Shown here in pieces: positions 1 to 5,850 of a stretch of 5,850 nt of DNA (position 1 is its first letter; each line of letters starts with the position of its first letter). A model generated the notes under the pieces. It was not told the origin of the DNA and searched no databases. It saw only the letters and a list, made by a program, of their open reading frames with translations. A program made the position numbers and the translations under genes. The DNA is from Octopus sinensis (Eukaryota), in assembly GCF_006345805.1 (NCBI RefSeq), contig NW_021829809.1, forward strand, positions 1-5,850. The letters are read 5' to 3'.

Positions 1-1
1 A

Positions 2-67
2 TAGAGAGACAGAGACAAGAGAGAGACAGAGAGAGAGACAGAGACAAAGAGAGAGAGACAGAGACAA

Positions 68-98
<31 letters not shown>

Positions 99-101
99 GA
101 C
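2..101. repeat. Compound (GA)n/(GACA)n microsatellite
   Basis: Near-continuous GAGA/GACA units from the window start to about 101. Confidence 0.95.
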
Positions 102-175
102 GGTGAGGGGAGACAATCCACCACTGTGGACATCTTCTATTGTCATCACCTACTCTCCCCCCGACCAACGTCACC

Positions 176-490
176 ATCAACAAAAACAACACAACAACAA
201 CAACATGGCGAATATAAACTTTACCACCATTATCCACGTCAATAACAACAACAGCAACGCAATAACAACAACAACACTAGCAACTACAACAACAATCTTA
301 ACAACAGGAATACGAGTTGTACCATCATTATCACCACCACCAACAACAATAACAACAACAACGATTACGACAACTACTACTACCACTGCTACTACTGCTG
401 TTGCTACAATAAGAAAACGGGAATATCACCTCTATAATCGTTATCACCACGAACAACAACAACAAGAACAGTAATAACAACAACAAGAAC
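176..490. repeat. Degenerate (CAA/AAC)n trinucleotide low-complexity tract
   Basis: Repeated caacaacaa/aacaacaac runs (e.g. 186-203, 243-273, 341-362, 451-466) separated by diverged spacers. Confidence 0.85.
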
Positions 491-585
491 ACAATCCCTG
501 CTATCGCCACTTACGCCGCCGCCAGTACTATGGCAACCATCGTTGTCTCTATAACAATCAACATCACAGCCGCCGCCACCACCAC

Positions 586-614
586 TGCTACTACTACTAC
601 TACTACTACTACTG

Positions 615-650
<36 letters not shown>

Positions 651-675
651 TTACTACTACTGCTACTGCTGCTAT

Positions 676-720
<45 letters not shown>

Positions 721-752
721 CACTACTATTAATACTACTACTACTGCTACTG

Positions 753-786
<34 letters not shown>

Positions 787-874
787 CTACTACTACTACT
801 ACTACTACTATTACTACTACTGCTACAGCAAATACTACTACTACTACTAACTACTACTCCTACTACTACTACTC

Positions 875-906
<32 letters not shown>

Positions 907-909
907 ACT
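586..909. repeat. (CTA)n microsatellite with CTG interruptions, ending in a (CTG)n run
   Basis: About 300 bp of ctactacta; single-base phase slips near 787 and 849-850; gct run at 889-906. Confidence 0.97.
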
Positions 910-1050
910 ACCACTTCTACTGCTTCTACCGTTACTTGCACTTCCACCACTAACTGTACTGCCACCAACACCACAACCATCACCACCAAACCTGGTGTCA
1001 CCACACAGTACCGCCATCATCGGTACCATAATCATCATCAACATATTACA

Positions 1051-1464
1051 ACTACTACTACAACTACTACTACTACTGCTGCTGCTGCTGCGGCTGCTGC
1101 AGCTGCTTCTACAACAACTACTACCACCACCACCACCACATATACTATCTCCACCTCTACTATCATCCCCACCACCACAATCACCACTATCATCATCACC
1201 AGGACCATCAGCACCACCACCACCACCACCACCACCACCATCATCACCACCACCACAATCACAGCCATCACCACCACCACCATCATCATCATCATCACCA
1301 CCATCGCCATCATCACGACCACTACTACCACCACCACCATCACCATGACCACCACCATCACCACCATACCCACCACCACCACTACCACCATCATCATCAC
1401 CAGTACCATCAGCACCACCACCACCATCACCATCATCATCACCACCACCATCACAACCACCACC

Positions 1465-1495
<31 letters not shown>

Positions 1496-1790
1496 CCATC
1501 GCCATCATCACGACCACTACTACCACCAGCACCATACCACCACCACTACCATCACCACCACCACCACCATCACCACCACTGCCACCACCACCACCACCAC
1601 TGATGCCACTATCAATAACACCACAACACTATATTCATAACCATGGCTACTATCAGCCACCACCTCCACCACCACCGCCACTTCCGTTGACACCCTCAAC
1701 ATCATCATCAGTACCAGTACCGCCGCCACCTCCACACACATCACCACCACCACCAACAACTCCATAATTACTATAGCACCAACCAACACC
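1051..1790. repeat. Compound (CTA)n-(CTG)n-(CAC/CAT)n trinucleotide field
   Basis: act run 1051-1077, gct run 1078-1107, then acc/atc units through about 1600, degenerating towards 1790. Confidence 0.93.
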
Positions 1791-2068
1791 ACCGCCAATT
1801 AGGGGGAAATAACTCCAAGAAGTGTATCGGCATGAATTCAAATTATTTGTGTAGCTGATTATGCAATGAGTGGTGTGTGCGAATTGTTCTAAATAAATTT
1901 AGAATTTGCCACTTAGTTGGGGAAAGAAAACAGAAAACAGAATGGTGGCGGAAATTGAGAAGAGCTCTCGAAAGAGCGATGGAAATAATTTCAAGGTTTG
2001 AGAATTTATTCTAGAGAAAATTTAATTTTCTTGTTTATAGAACATAAAGAATATAAATATAACCAACA

Positions 2069-2465
2069 GGAGTGGCTGTGTGGTAAGTAGCTTGCTAACC
2101 AACCACATGGTTCCGGGTTCAGTCCCACTGCGTGGCATCTTGGGCAAGTGTCTTCTGCTATAGCCCCGGGCCGACCAATGTCTTGTGAGTGGATTTGGTA
2201 GACGGAAACTGAAAGAAGCCTGTCGTATATATGTATATATATATATATGTATCTGTGTGTACTTGTGTGTCTGTGTTTGTCCCCCTAGCATTGCTTGACA
2301 GCCGATACTGGTGTGTTTACGTCCCCGTAACTTAGCGGTTCGGCAAAAAGAGTCCGATAGAATAAGTACTGGGGTTACAAAGAATAAGTCCCAGGGTCGA
2401 TTTGTTCGACTAAAGGCGGTGCTCCAGCATGGCCGCAGTCAAATGACTGAAACAAGTAAAAAAAA
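2069..2465 (+). mobile_element. tRNA-derived SINE, family A, copy 1 (Octopus-type, CORE-like segment)
   Basis: About 90% identical by eye to 2999-3396. A-box-like TGGCTGTGTGG 2073-2083, B-box-like GGTTCAGTCCC 2116-2126, CTTGGGCAAGT 2139-2149 resembling the CORE-SINE motif, internal (TA)/(TG) tract, A-rich end. No TSD seen. Confidence 0.9.
2073..2126 (+). promoter_or_regulatory. Pol III type-2 internal promoter (A and B box) of SINE A copy 1
   Basis: TGGCTGTGTGG (2073-2083) and GGTTCAGTCCC (2116-2126) with tRNA-like spacing; identical in copy 2. Confidence 0.7.
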
Positions 2466-2877
2466 GGTTTGTGAGTATTACGTTAGAATGACGGAAGAGA
2501 AATTCTATCGAAGTTATTTCGACCACCTTTTCATTGAGGATTTAATAATATTTTAACGTTGAAAGAAGGCGAAACTACATTCAGCATATCGCGGAAGGTG
2601 GTCCAAAGATATAAAATATAGCAAAATAGGGACTGATATTTATGGATAATTCACCATTGAGAAAAACCTCAGTTTCCTGAATTTCACTGAATGTGTTGAA
2701 GATATATTTCTGAGATCAAAGGTATTCAATAAATGCCGTCACTTTGATAAATATCTACTGAAAAACTGAAAAGCTGGAAAGATAAACGCACTGAAACTAA
2801 AAGAACTACTGCACGGAAGATACCATACAATGTATCTACTTATAACGCTCAATACTGTAGATATTGAGTAACAAACT

Positions 2878-2941
2878 CTATTTCTTTTATTGGCTACACA
2901 GGGCCCAACACAGAGGGGATATTACAGGGACAGACAAGCGA
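2878..2941 (-). mobile_element. Isolated 3' tail fragment of SINE family B (tail type 1)
   Basis: Reverse complement reads tcgcttgtctgtccctgtaatatcccctctgtgttgggccctgtgtagccaataaaagaaatag, aligning with the array tails tttgtctgtccttgtttgtcccctctgtgtttagctccttgtggatactaaagaaatag (4964-5023) and about 4780-4839. Confidence 0.8.
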
Positions 2942-2998
2942 ACATGTACTTTGTGATTTACCAAGAAAATTATAAATATAACGAAATCGGATGGGTAA

Positions 2999-3396
2999 GG
3001 AGTGGCTGTGTGGTAAGTAGCTTGTTTACCAGCCGCATGGTTCCGGGTTCAGTCCCACTGCGTGGCACCTTGAGCAAGTGTCTTCTACTATAGCCTCGGG
3101 CCGACCAAAGCCTTGTGAGTGGATTTGGTAGACGGAAACTGAAAAGAAGCCCGTCGTATATATGTATATATATATGTATATATGCGCGTGTGTGTTTGTC
3201 CCCCTAGCATTGCTTGACAACCGATGCTGGTGTGTTTATGTCCTCGTTACTTAGCGGTTCGGCAAAAGAGACCGATAGAATAAGTACTGGGCTAACAAAA
3301 TGAATAAGTCCCGGGGTCGAGTTGCTCGATTAAAGGCGGTGCTAGAGCATGGCTGCAGTCAAATGACTGAAACAAGTAAAAGAGTAAAAGAGTAAA
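2999..3396 (+). mobile_element. tRNA-derived SINE, family A, copy 2
   Basis: Direct repeat of 2069-2465 (head offset 930 bp); A box 3003-3013, B box 3046-3056; ends in a short tandem tail aagtaaaagagtaaaagagtaaa. Confidence 0.9.
3003..3056 (+). promoter_or_regulatory. Pol III type-2 internal promoter (A and B box) of SINE A copy 2
   Basis: TGGCTGTGTGG and GGTTCAGTCCC, as in copy 1. Confidence 0.7.
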
Positions 3397-3603
3397 TCGA
3401 TAAAAATTAAAAATTCCTATTTTGTATATACATACCGGGTTAATTAACCGACTGCCGTTATCCAACGTACCCCCTTTTGTCGCTGACTAGCTACACTTAG
3501 CCATTTCCATTCACTCGCAAGTTTCTTACGATTGTCCTCCATTTTTTTTTTTTTATTAATGCGCGACAGGTATCTCTTCTCCACCTGGATTTTACTTAGG
3601 ATT

Positions 3604-3815
3604 AGGTGGTTGTTGAAATGGCATTAGCACGCCGGGCGAAATGTTAGTGGTACTGCGTTTGCCGTTACGTTCTGAGTTCCAATTCCGACGAGGTCGACTT
3701 TATACATTTCACCCTTTCGGGGTTGACAAAATGAGTACCATTTGAACACTGGGGCTGATGTAATCGACTCATTCCCGCCTTCCCCAAGCTGCCCTTGTGG
3801 CAAAAATCTGAAATA
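3604..3815 (+). mobile_element. SINE family B, diverged monomer with distinct tail
   Basis: Aligns with array unit 1 (gccgg..aaatg.ttag.ggta..., ttacgttctgagttc.aattcc..cgaggtcgacttt, cctttcgggg, agtacca, cactgggg, taatcgact). B-box-like GAGTTCCAATTCC 3674-3686; followed directly by (AAT)n. Confidence 0.85.
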
Positions 3816-3821
3816 ATATTG

Positions 3822-3875
<54 letters not shown>

Positions 3876-3895
3876 TAATGATAATGATGATGATG

Positions 3896-3931
<36 letters not shown>
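3813..3931. repeat. (AAT)n microsatellite with an (ATG)n patch
   Basis: Pure aat units with atg units at about 3878-3896; probably an expanded SINE B tail. Confidence 0.97.
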
Positions 3932-4488
3932 GCCCTGATTGCAGTACCAGGCAGTGGCTCTCATGGCTTCTGATCTTAACTGATTGGAGTGTTAATCATG
4001 TACATTGTTTTGTCTTGGTATAAAATATGGGCTACAGCAAATATTCTGCTCAATACACAGATTTGCTTGTCAGTTGTTTGACCTTAACCAGTTGAGCATG
4101 TCCCTTAGTGGCTGACCATATGTGTATCTCTGATCACGAGCAGAAGTAGTGGGGGAGCATCATAGCCATGTGTTAGAGGGATTCTTTGGGGTTTGAATAA
4201 TTCACCTCTGGAAACATGGGTGGTTCTTTCAACATCCTTAAACAACCCTTATTCATGGACCTTTTTGTGCGGGATGGGTTACTCGATCTGAAGAAAATTC
4301 TAATGGGCTCTACCTGCAAGTCATGTGCTGTTTATCTTGATATAGAGATCACCATGTCGCGCACATATGGTTGTGATGCATGTGCCTGGTGTACCTTTAT
4401 CAGACGGGTAGTCATGATGGTTATATTGGGCTTCGTATATTTTACCCCCCCAGTGTCACTTTGATGGCAATGAACTGCTCTCTCACTC
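3932..4488. mobile_element. Unclassified ~557-bp putative non-autonomous element embedded in (AAT)n
   Basis: Complex, GC-richer sequence with sharp boundaries, flanked on both sides by same-orientation (AAT)n. No TIR, A/B box, poly(A) or convincing ORF. I recall similar sequence as a dispersed octopus repeat, but there is only one copy here. Confidence 0.5.
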
Positions 4489-4624
4489 AATAATAATAAT
4501 AATAATGAAATAATTATCATTATTGTTGTTGTTGTTGTTGTTATTATTATTATTATTATTATATTATTATTATTATTATTATATATTATTATCATTATTA
4601 TTAATTATTATTTTTATTATTATT
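4489..4624. repeat. (AAT)n then inverted (GTT)n/(ATT)n microsatellite
   Basis: aat units 4489-4506, polarity switch at about 4512, gtt units 4525-4542, att units to 4624. Confidence 0.95.
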
Positions 4625-5193
4625 CAAGCGGCGTGCCGGACCAAATGCTTAGCGGTATTTCGTCTACCGCTTACGTTCTGAGTTCAAATTCCACCGAGGT
4701 CGACTTTGCCTTTCATCCTTTCGGGGTCGATTAAATAAGTACCAGTTACACACTGGGGTCGATATAATCGACTAAATCCGTTTGTCTGTCCTTGTTTGTC
4801 CTTTCTGTGTTTAGCCCCTTGTGGGTAGTAAAGAAATAAGTATTTTTCCCGTCGCTACGTTCGGAGTTCAAATTCCACCGAGGTCGACTTTGCCTTTCAT
4901 CCTTTCGGCGTCGATAAATTAAGTACCAGTTACGCACTGGGGTCAATGTAATCGACTGAATACCTTTGTCTGTCCTTGTTTGTCCCCTCTGTGTTTAGCT
5001 CCTTGTGGATACTAAAGAAATAGGTATTTCTCCCGTCGCTACGTTCGGAGTTCAAATTCCGCCGAGGTCGACTTTGCTCTTCGTCCTTTTGGAGTTCATA
5101 AATCAGGTACCAGCGAAACACTAGGATCGATATAATCGATTAGTTACCTCCCCACAACAAATTTCAGGCCTTGTGCCTTTAATAGAAAGGATT
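4625..5193 (+). mobile_element. Head-to-tail array of three SINE family B units (~184-bp period)
   Basis: GAGTTCAAATTCC at 4680, 4864 and 5048. Unit 1 is 4625-4838 (partial head), unit 2 4839-5022, unit 3 5023-5193 (different tail). 4680-4863 versus 4864-5047 differ at about 16 of 184 positions by eye. Confidence 0.92.
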
Positions 5194-5237
5194 CTTGCTC
5201 TTGTTGTTATTGTTTTTATTGTTGTTGTTGCATTACT
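5194..5237. repeat. Degenerate (TTG/TTA)n tail after SINE B array
   Basis: cttgttgttattgtttttattgttgttgttgcattact directly after the unit 3 end. Confidence 0.75.
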
Positions 5238-5640
5238 AATTTTTGGTCTTCGTTTTTCTCGTGACTCCGTTCGTATATCTTCCAAGTATGTTACACACTT
5301 TGACTTTATACAAGAAGAGAGAAAGCGGAATAGATATATCGTGATATCTGAAGTGTGTGATATCGTTTGAAGTCTAAAAGATTCTCTAGAAAAGCGCTCT
5401 TCAATGGCTTGCGTTTCTATTAGAAAAGAGAGTCTATTATAGAACGGCACAGATTCCGTCGCAGACACGTTCCAAGAAAGGTTTATTATTTTTCTCTTTT
5501 TCCTTCGTATTTCAGAACAATGACATACAAATCTATTGGCTTTCACTGGGCGCGCGAGTCTTGAGTGTATAGGATGTGTATACGTGTAAGAATATAGAGG
5601 TGTGTTGAGGTATGCGGATGAATATATGAGTGTTCTCGGT

Positions 5641-5774
5641 GTCTGTGTGTCGATATATGTATGGAACAGGTAGTGTTTAATGTATGTGTGGTTGTGTATT
5701 TGATAGTGTATGTGTGTGTGTGTGTGTGTGTGTATGGTTGTGATAATGTATATAAAATGTATATGTGAATGTGT

Positions 5775-5810
<36 letters not shown>

Positions 5811-5850
5811 TAAATGTGTATGTGTGTATGGTTGTGATAATGTAATATAA
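5641..5850. repeat. (TG)n microsatellite/degenerate TG-TA region with an internal duplicated ~25-mer
   Basis: Pure tg runs 5711-5732 and 5781-5807; tgtatggttgtgataatgta at 5731 and 5825. Confidence 0.9.

Noticed and set aside
103-1841. Poly-Val/Met/Thr/Tyr/Pro/Gly ORFs on both strands
   Set aside because: They are direct translations of trinucleotide microsatellites with no domain content. The Pro-rich end of 1345..1767 resembles formin FH1 or extensin only compositionally.
1887-2031. Short palindromes TTCTAAAT-AA-ATTTAGAA (1887-1904), GCTCT-CGAA-AGAGC (1964-1977) and AGAAAATT-T-AATTTTCT (2015-2031)
   Set aside because: Short and mostly AT-rich, so compatible with chance; there is no paired TIR/TSD architecture.
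2069-2140. Functional tRNA gene
   Set aside because: A and B boxes are present, but no complete cloverleaf or terminator is evident and the sequence continues into a SINE body.
2650-2769. 39-codon ATG-less open frame (FTIEKNLSFLNFTECVEDIFLRSKVFNKCRHFDKYLLKN)
   Set aside because: Length is within chance, with no recognisable homology and no convincing flanking splice sites.
2848-2868. Hairpin CTCAATA-N7-TATTGAG
   Set aside because: An isolated 7-bp stem in AT-rich DNA with no supporting context.
2069-3396. Two SINE A copies as LTRs or a composite transposon around 2466-2998
   Set aside because: They have no TG...CA termini, PBS/PPT, TSD or internal coding. They have tRNA-type heads and different tails, so independent insertions are more likely.
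3542-3560. T13 run with minus-strand AATAAA as a retrocopy poly(A) tail
   Set aside because: No associated processed gene body or TSD; likely a simple homopolymer.
4140-4210. Hammerhead-like CTGA motifs in the AAT-flanked element (Penelope-type)
   Set aside because: CTGACCA and CTGATCA do not match CTGANGA, and no properly placed GAAA or stems were found.
4625-5193. CRISPR array or hammerhead retrozyme
   Set aside because: Units are 184 bp with no unique spacers and no cas genes. I found no CTGANGA...GAAA hammerhead core on either strand. Other ribozyme classes would need an Infernal/Rfam search.
2022-5546. Short ORFs overlapping SINEs and microsatellites (e.g. 2022..2291, 2890..3093, 3026..3220, 4746..4946, 4930..5121, 5121..5546)
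   Set aside because: Paired similar peptides arise simply from repeat copies; there are no recognisable protein motifs, and lengths are at chance level.

Overview
Non-coding, repeat-saturated eukaryotic DNA with no credible protein-coding gene, rRNA, true tRNA or CRISPR array. The tRNA-derived SINE families and dense tri/dinucleotide microsatellites look like coleoid cephalopod (Octopus-type) genome; this is recognition from memory, not a database result. Layout: (GA/GACA)n 2-101; a 1.6-kb A/C-skewed compound trinucleotide field (CAA, CTA, CTG, CAC/CAT) at 176-1790; two direct copies of a ~400-bp tRNA-headed SINE ('family A', 2069-2465 and 2999-3396); a second SINE family ('family B') present as an isolated minus-strand tail (2878-2941), a monomer (3604-3815) and a three-unit head-to-tail array with ~184-bp period (4625-5193); a ~557-bp unclassified element embedded in (AAT)n (3932-4488); and TG-rich repeats at the end. 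Nearly all supplied ORFs are microsatellite or SINE artefacts. The most interesting signal is a modular retroposon system: multimerisation at a precise junction, interchangeable 3' tails sharing CCTTGTG-N9-10-GAAA, a twin-hairpin module shared by both SINE families, and a candidate microsatellite-targeting element.
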